A stretch of DNA of 64,000 nucleotides from Massalongia carnosa (GCA_965645245.1 OZ287067.1:3534001-3598000); one strand, 5' to 3'. Shown: positions 25,057 through 38,244, numbered from the stretch's first letter. The notes: generated by a model from the letters alone, not told the origin. Made by a program: numbers and translations.

Positions 25057-26180
25057 AGAATTTTGTTAATTTGAAAAGTAAACAACCATCTTTCAATCAA
25101 CACGCGACGACCACAAGTCGGAAGTACGATCTGGTCGGCCCAAAATAACCACAACACGAGAAGATCGTTATTTGATACGAGCAGCGATTAAATCGGGGTC
25201 AAAAGTTCGTCGACAGCCTCTGGGGGAATTGCAAGCTGTCATGGAATTACCTCGCACCCTCCCACGTTTCCTGATCGGGTTAGTATTTAACAGGCTCTCT
25301 TGCCGTGAAACCTGCCCTGCATGTTGAATAGAACCGTGACCCGTTATTCCGAACTATCCTGAAACCTCGCCCCATGTGTTCAGACGTTCTTCCGCTGCCT
25401 TCAGTGCACTCCCAAACTCCTATATCCCGAATCCAATCTCAACGTCTCCACTATCCAAGCCTACGACTGGGATTGCCCAGCAGAGAGAGATTGCTTCGGC
25501 ATGGAGAAAGGCGGAACAGGTCAAAGCGATCATGGTTAGGAAATTAGAACAGGAACAGAGATGAGGGCAAGTCAAGAATAGGGGAGTTGGAAGCCATGGC
25601 TATAAAACCTATGTGGTTTCTCAGGTGTTTGGAGCTCTTCGTCGGACGTCTTGTATACTATCCCTAGACCTAGCTTTCTAAATAGTAACTCTTGTATATC
25701 TCCCTATCTGGACCTTGTCCGTGACATTACGTCCGACCTACATTCAAGTGTTTCTTTGTTTTCTCTTTCCCCTATAACGATTGTTAATCATGTCTTTTCA
25801 AGAAGAAACCGCAAATCTGCCTCAGGAACCTGAGGTAGCCCAAAAGGAGCGAGAACATGTCAGCAATAACCCGGACGAGTTCATCGCCGCCTATCGAGAC
25901 CTGGAACGACAATTAGCTGAGATTCGAAACGCGGTTCCTCCAGCCATTAATCAAACGTCTTGATTTTTTATTGATTAATTAAGCGTATGCATCCTAAGGA
26001 TAAGATCGCACCCATAGAATCAACTCACTTTGGAGGCAAACAAAAACGATATCAAATAATTATTCTGACAAAGACTATAAACTTTAAATCCTTTGCCAGC
26101 CTGCTTTGAGGTTATTTAGTACTCTGTATCAAAAATCCATTCTCTGTATAGTATCATAACGTACGGTCGAGCTTGTACAA

Positions 26181-27803
26181 ATGATGATCAACAAATCTAC
26201 ACAAGACCGCGAGAGACGCAAGAAGGAGCAGGAGAAGACGATAAAGCTCTTGGGAGCAAAGATAGATGAGTATTTAAAGCTTGGCAACAGCTCAGGAGAC
26301 CCAGTGGCGCACTCTTTGTTAAATGAGGTAAAAGCCACGTTGCAGACGCAGATCCATATTAACTCGGAAAATGAAGACACCAGCATGGTGGCGGAATCCC
26401 TACGGGACATAAAGAACGCGCTCAATCGCATGGAAGGCGTTAGAAAGAACAACGAGCCCACCACAAGCTACGCCACCGCGGCAACCCCATCGACATCCCG
26501 AGCCCAAGTCGGGCCCAACCCAACGTACAATCTAAGACACCCAAGACCTCAAAAAACCAAAGAACTATCCCCTAGCGAGGCCAAAAGAGCCCGGGAGGTC
26601 ACACTACGGTTCACCAATGAGGCCGATCGAGAAAGAGTAAGACAGCTGCCCACCCAGGAGCTGGTGGAATCGCTGCAGAAAAATGTCGGAGGAATAGTGG
26701 GAATATCTCGACTCACAAGCGGGGACATACGGATCCACGCAGAATCAGCAGAGATCAAGAAGACCCTACACGAGAACACCAAGTGGATCACCGCGGTCGC
26801 AGCGTCAGCCACGGTCCAGCGCCGCACCTTTGCAGTACGAGCTAGCGGAGTCAAGGTGGAACATATCGATGCCACCAATCAGAATCAAATCATACAGTAC
26901 CTGCAGACAGCTAATGCACGATTACACCCAGGCCTAAAAATCACGAGGATCGCCTGGTCGTTCAGGGCTATCAAAGAAAAGAAGGCATACTCATCGCTGC
27001 ACATAGAAGTAGAGACCCCTGCTATGGCCAACCGCCTCATTAACGAAGGCTTCCTGGTCGACCACGAGATAAAGAACTGCGAAAAATTTGCGAAGAGCTG
27101 CAAGCTGACGCAGTGCTTTAACTGCTACAAATACGGACATATAGGAAAACGTTGCCGCAATCCTACGGCGTGCGGCCACTGCGCCGGCGGGCATCCGACC
27201 AACGAATGCAACCCGGAAACAACCGGTAGACAGAAGAGATGCGCATGCTGCGACGAGAGAGGCCACGTAGCGTGGGCCCCCACATGCAAACTCAGGATAC
27301 AAGAAATGAGCAAGATAGAGAAGGCTAGGAAAAGCTCGTCGCAGCTCTTCGCTACGGGCGACCCGATCGTAGCACGATCATTCATCTTTTCGTCCCAGGC
27401 CCCAACTGACAAAGAAAGCAATGCAGCACTAGGAAAGGCAACGGAAAGCCCCGTCAATGGTATCCCGAAAGTTGCCAGCAGCAAGAAAAGAAAAACCGCC
27501 CCAGCCGGCTCTCATGAAGTATCGCCGGCAGGCCCAAGCCGCCCAACAGGAACGTCGTGGAAGGACACAGAGATCATGAAGCCCATGAACATGCAAAGAG
27601 CAATGGCAAAGCCCATTCTAGGCAGACCACCCAACACGTCAACGACGATGGCTGCAACACCCGCCCCCACCCGCACCAATCCCGCCGCCCACCCGCTGCA
27701 ACCCTCCCCGCCGACCCCCGACACACCTCCCCCCCTCGACGACCAAGGACTAATCACCCGCACCGCTCCTGCAACGGACGTAATGGAAGAAGGATGTTTA
27801 TGA
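26181..27803 (+). CDS. LINE ORF1 (gag-like, CCHC zinc knuckles)
   Basis: QCFNCYKYGHIGKRC, CGHCAGGHPTNEC, CACCDERGH in an intact 540-aa ORF. Confidence 0.93.
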   Translation: MMINKSTQDRERRKKEQEKTIKLLGAKIDEYLKLGNSSGDPVAHSLLNEVKATLQTQIHINSENEDTSMVAESLRDIKNALNRMEGVRKNNEPTTSYATAATPSTSRAQVGPNPTYNLRHPRPQKTKELSPSEAKRAREVTLRFTNEADRERVRQLPTQELVESLQKNVGGIVGISRLTSGDIRIHAESAEIKKTLHENTKWITAVAASATVQRRTFAVRASGVKVEHIDATNQNQIIQYLQTANARLHPGLKITRIAWSFRAIKEKKAYSSLHIEVETPAMANRLINEGFLVDHEIKNCEKFAKSCKLTQCFNCYKYGHIGKRCRNPTACGHCAGGHPTNECNPETTGRQKRCACCDERGHVAWAPTCKLRIQEMSKIEKARKSSSQLFATGDPIVARSFIFSSQAPTDKESNAALGKATESPVNGIPKVASSKKRKTAPAGSHEVSPAGPSRPTGTSWKDTEIMKPMNMQRAMAKPILGRPPNTSTTMAATPAPTRTNPAAHPLQPSPPTPDTPPPLDDQGLITRTAPATDVMEEGCL

Positions 27804-30800
27804 AGGACACAAACTCCATTAACATACTACAGTACAACGTCAGAAACGACCGAGTAAGTACAATGATACCACTTTTGGCAGATTCAAACACGCAGGACTA
27901 CGACGTTATAGCAATACAGGAACCATGGCGGAGCACGCACGCCCCGACCACTCTTAGCTCTCACCAAAGCGGATTCCACCTTCTATATCGCCCCGGCGGC
28001 GACACACGCGTATGCTTCTACGTCAACGAGAAAATCGACCCGGAAAGCTGGGAAGTAGAATTCCCAACCGCAGACCTATGCACGTTGAAATTGAACGTGA
28101 GCACCGACGGTGTTACGAGAACGTTGCACATTCATAACGTGTATAACCCGTCCCCGTCTTCTTATTCATCCACAGACAGCCCCTCCACGCTCCCGGCTGT
28201 TCGTCAGCAACTCGCCGCAGATGCACAGCACGTCCTCCTCGGCGATTTCAACCTTCACCATCCATTTTGGAACGGAGTCACAAGGCCAACGCAACACGCA
28301 GCCGCGGACCAACTACTGGATATAGTAGAAGAATTCGATCTCTCACTTACACTGCCCAAAGGGACCGTTAAATGGGAGGCTCGGAACTCTTTTAGCACCA
28401 TAGACCTAGTATTTATGTCGGAATTCCTGACGGAAAGACTAGAACACTGCATGTCGAGACCGGAAATGAACCAATCCTCTGATCACATCCCGATTTCCAC
28501 CCGCATTCTTCTCGGTAGTGAACAGCTAACGCAAGTCAAGCGCAGAGCATGGAAACTGCTGAACATGGAGAAACTGAGAGAGGCAGAAAGCAACGCCCCG
28601 CCCGTCACCCACCCCCGCTCCGCCGAGGAAATTGACCAGTACGCTCAGACAATCCAAGAGTATCTTCAGAAAATCATAGCCGCCTCCGTCCCCTGGGCCA
28701 GACCCAGCGAATACGCGAAACCTTTTTGGAACGAAGAATGCAATCGCGCCATCCGTGAGACTCGCAAATTGCGCCGTTCCTGGTCGTCATCGCGTCACAT
28801 GGACGACTGGAAAGCGTACATGAAGTCCAACGACAAGAAGCAAAAGATAATCCGAAAAGCAAAAATGCTCTCATTCCGCAAAGAGATCAGTGCAGTCACC
28901 GAGTCGCCGCTGGGCATATGGAAGCTGGCAAGATGGGCAAAAGATAGAAGCCAGAAGCCCCGCGAGATACCGAAAATGCCGCCACTGAGGCACGGAGGGC
29001 AGACGGCGGAGACGTTCGAAGAAAAAGCGGAAATGCTGAAAGCCAAGTTCTTTCCCCCACCACCGCCGGCGGACCTGAGCGACATACCTGGGTCATTCTA
29101 CCCCGCTGCCGCGGATTGTCCCATGATGATCACAAAGAACGAAGTGATCGCAAACATACAATGCCTCAAGTCCGACAAGGCTCCGGGTCCTGACGGGATC
29201 ACCAACAAAATCCTCAAGGCATGCTCTACAAAGCTAGCAGAATTGCTAACCCCTTTATTTCAGGCGTGCGTCACGCAAGCGTATCATCCTCGCGAGTTCA
29301 AAAGAGCGAACACGATAACGCTCAAAAAACCGGGAAAGAAAGACAACACCAGCCCAAAGGCATATCGGCCCATAGCTCTCCTGAACACAATGGGTAAAGT
29401 TCTAGAAGCGGTCATCGCAAAGAAAATCACCCACATAGCGGAACAGCATCGGCTCTTGCCCGACACGCAAATGGGTGCTCGGCGAGGGCGATCCACCGAG
29501 TCCGCACTCGAGCTTCTCACAGAACAGGTATACACCGTATGGGGACAAGGCAACGACAAGGTGGCAACCCTACTCAGCATGGATGTGGCAGGTGCGTTTG
29601 ACACGGTGTCTCACCGTAGGCTAATACACAATCTACGGAAAAGGAAAATTCCGAAATGGATCACAGACTGGACAGCAAGCTTTCTGGAGAATAGGAAAAC
29701 CACATTAGCAATAAATCGGCGAGCAACCGGGGAGTTCGCAGTGCGCACGGGCATTCCTCAAGGCTAGCCCATTTCCCCTATTCTGTATCTGTTCTACAAC
29801 GCGGACCTATTAGAGATATGCCAGAGACCCGGCACGAACACGAGTGCGCTGGGATTCGTAGACGACGTAAACGTGTTGGCATACGGTAAAAGCACGGAAG
29901 AAAATTGCAGAACTCTTGAAAGAATTCACAGGAAATGCGAATTGTGGGCGACACGGCATGGCTCCGTATTTGCACCGGATAAATATGAACTCATTCATTT
30001 GTCAAGAAATCCAAAGAAATTCAACATGACGGCCACTATTCAAATTGAAACCAATCTGATTGAACCAAAAACGGACATAAGAGTACTGGGCCTACAAATC
30101 GACACAAAACTAAAATGGGGAGCTCATATACGGAAGACGCAGGAAAAGATGACGTCGCAGTCGCTAGCGCTCACAAAAATCTCGGCATCCACCTGGGGAG
30201 CATCCTTCGCAAAGGCCCGGCAGGTCTACACCTCCGTCGTCCGCCCGGCAATGACATACGGAAGCGCCGTGTGGCACACGCCCAAGGAAATCAAGAAAAA
30301 CAAGGCCACGATGTCCAAACTCAGTGTCATGCAGAACAAATGCCTACGCACTGTGGCAGGAGCGTTTAAAGCAACACCCGTCGAGGTTCTCGAAGCGGAA
30401 ACTTTCATCGCCCCTATGGAGCTACACTTGGATCATCTGCAGATGAAAGCAAGATACCGCCTACGGGCCTCAGGGCAAGCGAAACTGATCACCACTGCCT
30501 GCAGCACAATAGCGAACAAGCTACGAGGCAAGGCAGGACGCAAAAGAATACAACGCCCCACCCTAGGAGATTTAAAACACGAATGGGCCAGCAAGATGCT
30601 AAACAACGAAGCCCCAGCCGCAATACCGCCGCCGCCCCGACCCTGGTCAGGACCCGACCCTGTCCGTCTCGAGAAATACATCACGGCACGCCGAATTATC
30701 GGAAAGCACGCAAAGACCATTACAGTACGAATCAAGGAGCGTTGGGAGACCAGGTGGAAGGCGTATCAGGACCGCGTTCCCTACCCAACAGAGGCACAGC

Positions 30801-31162
30801 TCGGACCACTCAACAGAACTAGATTGAAGATTCATGACAACTTGATGAAGGCGGAAAGCGCGCTAACCACGCAAATCCGCACTGAGAAAATAGGTTTGGC
30901 AAACTTCCTGTTCAATCGTCGGGTTCCGGGAGCTATGACTCCAGCTTGCTCGTGTGGCTGGCAGAAACAGACTGCCAAACACATCATATTACACTGCAGA
31001 CTAATCGAAGGCAGATATGAGCTGCTCAGACAATTGGGCACCCACGACTACCGGACGATTACGCGTTCGTCGAAAATGCTGAAAAAGCTAACTGCATGGA
31101 TAATAAAAGCAAACTTGTTAACACAGTTCTCACTAGCATCGCAAATGTTATACGAGATATAA
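27800..31162 (+). pseudogene. LINE ORF2 (APE endonuclease, RT, CCHC; no RNase H) with one in-frame TAG
   Basis: ILQYNV, IQEPW, LGDFNLHH, SSDH, YRPIALL, DVAGAFD, GIPQG*P, FVDD. The two ORF pieces share a frame, broken only by TAG at 29765-29767. Confidence 0.95.
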
Positions 31163-34100
31163 CTTCTCATTTTCGTCAAGGATTCTAAAGAAAAACGATC
31201 ACAGAGAGCAGCCTGTTGCCAGCGAGGCTCCGGAGGTAGTGCGTAGTCTACGGGGTTTTTATTCCCAAGAAGGGTTTTCCTTGTATGATAAACATAGACA
31301 GCCCGCATGGGCCGGCCTTCGGCCGGTGTCATATCGGAATAAGAATAAATCAATCAATCAATCAATCAAACGTCTTCCAACCCATTATTGGCAACCCCGT
31401 CATCAACTCCTTCTCCTTCCGTTCCGAGCTCCCAGCTGGCCGCCATTATAGAACAGCTAATGAAATGACCAGCGTTTCCGCCCAGGTCCGAGAAACTTCC
31501 TGACATACCGGAGTATGACGGTGACGAGGACAAACTCGATGCTTGGGAACAGAATCTAATTCAAAAAATGCACATTAACCATGACCGATACTTTTCCGAT
31601 GAGGCCAAGATAGCTTATGCGGAGAGCAGACTCACCATCAGCAAGCGAGCCCATCTGCTCATGACTCCCTACCGGATAGATGGCTTATGCCGCCTAACCT
31701 CTTTTTCGGACTGGAGAGCGAAACTTCGTCTGGCCTGTGGTAACCCCTTCGAGCAAGAGGATGCCCGTAAATATTTGCGAGACACCCTGAAACAGGGTAA
31801 CCTAACCTTTGAGGAATATTACAACCTTTTCTCTCAGAAGAAGGAACGATCTAAAATGGAAGACGCCTCCCTCATCGATGCGATGAAGGCCAACATCAAC
31901 TATTCCACCCAAACAGCGGCCATCCATTATCGAGTCCCCGGAACCAATCAGGAGCCCGTCACCTTCGACGAACATGTTGCAATGTGGGCCCAAACGGATC
32001 GAAAAATTCGTCAAATCAGGCATATCTCGCCACGCCAAGCCTCTGGAGCCTCAATTAGCAACTCCTCAACTAAAAAGGGGGCATCCATCGCCACCACCAC
32101 TGCCGTTGTCAGGAGTCCTGCCCCCCGCTCCTCCACGATCGTCGTCGCTCCAGCCGTCACCCCTGCTGCGGTTCCTTCTCTTCCCGCAGGGGATCCGATG
32201 GACCTCAGCTCCGCCATGGCCGCTGTGAAAGGCCAAAGCCTGAAAGTCCCCGGAGTCAAGGAAATCTGCGAGCAATGGAGACTATGCTTCTACTGTAAGC
32301 AATCGCACCCTGGGAAGACCGCAATCGACTGTCCCAACAAGAAGGCCCCGTCTACTATTCGGTCTCTTGTCCTTTACAACGACTCCGACGCCTCTGAGGA
32401 TGCAGCGGGAAAAGCCTGAGCCCCGTATTCAGTCGCATACGAGGGCTTCAAAAGTCTGATTTATTGATTTCTGCATGTCTCCTTTCTGCATCATTTTCAC
32501 CCCCCCTAATGTCCAACGCTCGTTTTTCTGCAGCGTCCGCTTTGACCTTGTTTGAAAACGATGAAACTTTCAAAGATAGCCATATGGTTGTCTCATGTAT
32601 ATTACGTCGTCTGCAAGCAAGGATAAGAGCTTTAATTCTCGTGGACTGTGGTGCATCAGGTTACTCATTCATCGATAAAGAATTCGCGCACCTTCATCAA
32701 TTCCCCCTTCACCCCCTTAAATACCCTCGCCGACTCCTAGGTTTCGATGGTCAGCCTGCTCTGACCGGAAACATCACCCATGTGGCAGAAGTAACCATGG
32801 ATCTCAATGGACACATAGAGAAACTGTTCCTATATGTGACCGGATTAAGACATTACCCCATCGTCCTAGGACACCCATGGCTGCGTCGACATGGCGCTAT
32901 CACTAACTTCGCCAATAATACCCTGTCATTATCCTCCCCATTTTGCCTAGCACATTGCTGTCCCGGCCCCGTAATGGTTCATTCAACCACCGCCGAGGAA
33001 GAGCAGTTCCTTATGCCTGCCGAAAGTCAGAAGGTATGGGAGACTAAAGATCAAGAAACCATTCTGCAATCTAGTCAAACAGAACCATCGAAATTTGACT
33101 TTCAGGCTGAAGACGGTCCCAGTCGAATCCTAACCGCCATGCAAAAAGGCGTCTCCCCTAGGATCCGATACCGGTCCGGGAGCTACGTTCGTTTAGCACC
33201 TCGCCTACATACCTCAAACCCCCTGCCCAGTAAACTAACCGCGGTTGAATCCGCACCAACCAACCCAGCCCAGCTTCGAGTCAGTGAGGTGAGCGCCGGC
33301 ACATTCGACCGCCTCGCAAGACAGAAGGACCACGAGATATTCAGTATCTCCCTCCAAGAAATAGACCGGTTCTTAGGTATAGAATCGCCTTTAAAACCCC
33401 CTAGCCCTAGCTCCAGGTCATCTATTAAGTTAATAGCAACCCAAGTTTTCCCCCCTTTTAACACTAAGGCCTGTCTAAGTGATAAGGACATGCACCTAGC
33501 CATTTGCAGAATGCACAATGAACTCACCCTAGAAACCTCCGTCACTCAAGAAGAACTTGAGCACGTTCGGCAGCAAAAGAACGTTGACCCGGCACCTCTG
33601 CTTCCAAAGCAATACCACGACTACCTAGATGTCTTTTCCAGAAAGGAGTCCGATAAACTACCGGAACACCGCTCCCATGATCACGCCATCGTCTTAAAAG
33701 AAGGTTTTCAACCACCTAATCAAGCTCTTTACGGGATGAGTCGTGATGAGATCCAGGAACTTCGTCGTTATCTAGATGAGAATCTCACCAAAGGATTCAT
33801 TCGATCTAGCCGCTCACATGCAGCCTCCCCGGTTATGTTTGTTAAGAAGCCCGGCGGAGGACTTCGATTCTGCGTCGACTACCGAGGACTAAACGCTGTC
33901 ACCATAAAAAATCGTTATCCAATACCTCTAATCACCGAGACCCTCAACCGTTTGTGCAAAGCCAAGATATTTACCAAGTTGGATATTATATCAGCATTCA
34001 ATCGCCTGAGAATCAAAGAGGGAGACGAAGAACTTACTGCTTTCCGGACTCGTTTCGGTCTCTACGAATATCTTGTCATGCCTTTCGGTCTGTGCAACGG

Positions 34101-37100
34101 ACCTGCCTCGTTTCAACATTTTATCAATGACACCCTGAGGGAATACCTAGATAGATTCTGCACCGCGTATCTAGATGACATCCTCATCTATAGTGATGAC
34201 GAAATCGAACATGACCTACATGTAAAACAAGTCCTTGCCAAACTCAGAGAGGCCGGACTCCAAGCGGACATCACCAAGTGTGCCTTCGGAGTCACCGAGG
34301 TCCCCTATTTGGGTCTCATCGTCACTACTAAGGGAGTCAAGATGGATCCTGCCAAGATCGATACCGTCATCAATTGGCCTGCGCCCGTTAACGTTAGGGA
34401 TGTTCAAAGCTTTCTAGGATTCGCCAATTTCTACAGGCGTTTCGACGAACCTAACCAAGAAAGGAACGAAATTCTCCTGGACTAGCGATTGTCAGCAAGC
34501 CTTCAATACGATGAAAAAAGCATTTACCTCCGATCTTATTCTCATGCACTTTGATCCAGACAAGAAAATCGTGGTCGAAACGGACGCCTCCGACTTTGTA
34601 TCGGCGGGTATCCTATCGCAATATGATGAAAAAGATATCTTGCGTCCCGTCGCATACTTCTCGAAAAAGCATAACCCTGCCGAGTGTAACTATGAGATCT
34701 ATGACAAAGAACTCATGGCCATAGTTCGAGCTTTCGAGGAATGGAGACCTGAACTAGAAGGCTCCGCCCAACCCATCGATGTTATTTCAGACCATAAGAA
34801 CCTGGAATATTTCACCTCTACCAAGCTTTTGAGTCGGCGCCAGGCCCGATGGAGTGAGTTTCTATCTCGATTCGACTATAAGATAGTCTACCGACCTGGG
34901 AAAGCCGGCGGTAAACCGGATGCCCTAACTCGACGGTCAGGAGACCTCCCTGAAGAAGGGGATGAAACCGATGAGCGGAACTCATTTCAGCATCAGACGA
35001 TACTGAAAACGCATAACCTAGACGACGGAGTAGCCGAGAGCTTCAATTCAACAGTGGTTGGAACCTCCCCAGACCCCATAGTGCTCGCTCCTGCTATTCT
35101 TGATCAAGAACAAGATCTTGACGAGGATGATGACACAGAGACGGATCATGAAGAACCCCAACTAGATTTAGTTACTGATCAGCTAAACCCCGACGATGAC
35201 CCAATGGACGTGGCCACTCAGGACCTTTGGAACCGAGCCCTGGATAGGGATAAGTTTTCACCCCGTGTTCTAGAAATGCTTCGAAACGGATCGAGATATC
35301 ATAGCGGCATACAACTAGCAGAGTGCGAAGACAGAAATGGGATTTTGTACTTCAGAAATCGACAATATGTACCCAAATCAGATAGCCTTCGCCTAAGAAT
35401 CCTACAACTCGCTCACAATAGTGTCGCAGGTGGACACCCAGGCCGTGCCAAATGTTATGAACTCATCAGTCGCTCTTATTGGTGGCCTAGCATGCACAAA
35501 ACGGTGCAACGATTCGTCAGAAACTGCCATGTCTGCAAAAGAGCCAAACCCTCCCGTGAACGTTATCAGGGGTGGCTTAGGCCCTTACCTCCACCTGAGC
35601 GTCGCTGGCGCGATGTTGCTATGGATTATGTCGGACCCCTCTCGGCCAGCACCTTCATGGGAATCACCTATCGGTACATTCTAGTTTTCATAGATCGCCT
35701 AACCAAGATGCGCCATCTGGCTCCAGTCACATCCATGGAAGTCGAAGAAGCCGTAGATGCCTTCTATCAGAATGTATGGAAGCATCATGGCCTACCTGAT
35801 GTTCTCGTATCAGATCGAGGTTCGCAGTTCGTATCGGAGCTATGGGAATTGCTGTGTAAGCGGCTAAAAATCGACGCACGGTTGTCCACCGGATACCACC
35901 CGGAAACCGATGGCCAGACAGAACGAGCCAACGCCTCCATGGAGCATTACCTTAGAGCCTATGTCAACCATATGCAGGATGATTGGGCCAAGTGGCTACC
36001 AGGCGCTGAATTCGCGGCTAATAATACGGACTCTTCCACAACTCTTGCTTCGCCATTTCTAGCAAATTCTGGTCAACACCCCCGTATAGGATTCGAACCC
36101 TCCGAGCCTCTCCCGACGGACATTACCGCTCAAAGTCGAAATAATCTGATCGCAGCTAATAAGTTCGCGGACAGGATGAGAGACTTAGAAACTCATCTTC
36201 ATGATGAAATGTTAATCGCTCAAGCCATCTATGAATCCACTGCCAATGCAAACCGCCGACCATGCCCCCGCTATAAAGTGGGTGATATGGTATGGTTAAA
36301 CACAAGGAATCTTCAAACAGCGAGACCCACCGTCAAGTTAGACGATCGAAACATCGGACCCTTTGCGGTCAGTCGAGTTTTCTCAAACCCTCTAGTGATA
36401 CAATTGGAGCTTCCTCCTGGTGTCAAGATCCACCCAGTTTTCCATGCAAACCTTCTGCAGCATGAAGCAGATGACCCCCTTCCTGGCCAGCATCCCGCCC
36501 CTCGTGAACCTGTCGAAGCAGAAGACGGACAGCGAGAATGGTATGTGAACAGCATATTGAACTCCAAATACGACCGACGATTTCAACCTCCACTCCTTCA
36601 ATATTTCGTTAATTGGGAAGGTCATAATCCCACATGGGAACCTTTCAATTTCCTAACCAACTGTCAGCAAGCTCTAAACGAATATCATCAGGCTTACCCC
36701 ACAGCTGCCGGACCACATCACACCCCTTGCAATCTACCCCGTTGCCGCTGCCAGGAATAGTAGCATCGCAGGAGCTCCGCCTTGAAGAGGGACCTACTGT
36801 CATGGAATTACCTCGCACCCTCCCACGTTTCCTGATCGGGTTAGTATTTAACAGGCTCTCTTGCCGTGAAACCTGCCCTGCATGTTGAATAGAACCGTGA
36901 CCCGTTATTCCGAACTATCCTGAAACCTCGCCCCATGTGTTCAGACGTTCTTCCGCTGCCTTCAGTGCACTCCCAAACTCCTATATCCCGAATCCAATCT
37001 CAACGTCTCCACTATCCAAGCCTACGACTGGGATTGCCCAGCAGAGAGAGATTGCTTCGGCATGGAGAAAGGCGGAACAGGTCAAAGCGATCATGGTTAG

Positions 37101-38092
37101 GAAATTAGAACAGGAACAGAGATGAGGGCAAGTCAAGAATAGGGGAGTTGGAAGCCATGGCTATAAAACCTATGTGGTTTCTCAGGTGTTTGGAGCTCTT
37201 CGTCGGACGTCTTGTATACTATCCCTAGACCTAGCTTTCTAAATAGTAACTCTTGTATATCTCCCTATCTGGACCTTGTCCGTGACACAAGCTAACATTA
37301 TGCCCGATGTTTCTCGAACCACTATGAAACGACGTCTTCGAGATCAAAACGTTTGCAAATGACGCGCAGCTAATCGTACGATGTTAACGGAAGCTCATAT
37401 TGCTGATCGGCGGGGCTGGGCACGTCAATATGAGGATCTTTCGGAGGATAAGTGGCCTCAAGTGTGTTGGTCTGATGAGATTTCAGTTTGCAAATAGGAT
37501 GGAAGTGAAAACGTGTGGGTTTTTCGACTTCCAAATGAGAAATGGGATCAAGAATGCTTCGAACCAGTCAACAATAGATCGAGGGTTACAAAGATGTTCT
37601 GGGGCTGCTTTGCAAGCAATCGACGGGGTAGTTTGACCTCGTTAGAGCCCGATCTAGATCGTACGTGAAAGAAAGGTATCACAGGGTTGATTTTACTCGA
37701 TGCTTATAAAGAACATCTTCCTATCATGCTCGATGACGATTCGGGCATTGTTTTCATGTAAGATGGAGCTAAAACACACAAAATTCGAGAGACAATAGAC
37801 TAGTTCAAAGAAAAGGGGTACACGATCATAGATTGCCCGGCTTACTCTCTCGATTTAAACCTCATCGAGATGGTATAGAAGAAAGTAAAGAACATAGTCT
37901 TTAGAAGAAATTCCGAATTACGCATTCTGTTAGCAAGTGCCCCAAAAATTCAACAGGTCATTGTTGATGCTCTCTTGGAGGCATGGGACTACATAACGGA
38001 AGCGTTTTTGGAAAGTTTAATGCGGTCAATGCCTCGTCGAGTGCAAGCAGTCCTGCATGCAAATGGAGGTTATACTAAATATTAGTTAGATT

Positions 38093-38244
38093 TACGCCGC
38101 GCAACGGGTTGAGTTTTCGCCACAAAATTGCTTTTTTGCCACCGGGTTTTTCTTTCAAAACTTAACCCGGACACCAAAAATAGTAGGGTTCGCCACAAAC
38201 GGGTTGGGTTTTCAGTAGAGAAACCCGACCCGTCGTGCAGCGTA
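38093..38244. mobile_element. 152-bp MITE-like element, possibly hAT-type
   Basis: Imperfect TIRs TACGCCGCGCAACGGGTTGAGTTT / AAACCCGACCCGTCGTGCAGCGTA and imperfect 8-bp TSD GTTAGATT/GTTATATG. Absent from the sister Tc1 copy at ~47425. Confidence 0.7.

Larger units (their letters stand above)
25962..31363 (+). mobile_element. Full-length Tad1-like LINE
   Basis: ORF1 plus ORF2, (ATCA)n tail, 13-bp TSD AATCAAACGTCTT (25949-25961, 31364-31376). Confidence 0.97.
25237..37287 (+). mobile_element. Full-length Ty3/Gypsy chromovirus with a LINE inside gag
   Basis: 490-bp LTRs (25237-25726, 36798-37287) identical by eye, TSD CAAGC. Gag 25790-25961 + 31377-32419 (one TGA, CCHC knuckle). Pol ~32410-36760: protease LVDCGAS, RT YLDD, RNase H, integrase, chromodomain, with a small deletion/frameshift near 34443. 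Confidence 0.97.

Noticed and set aside
25376..25564. Duplicated 62-aa ORF (also 36937-37125)
   Set aside because: Lies inside the identical LTRs and is not preserved in the related solo LTR.
31296..31335. Hammerhead or HDV ribozyme at the LINE end
   Set aside because: No CUGANGA/GAAA core and no HDV nested pseudoknot visible.
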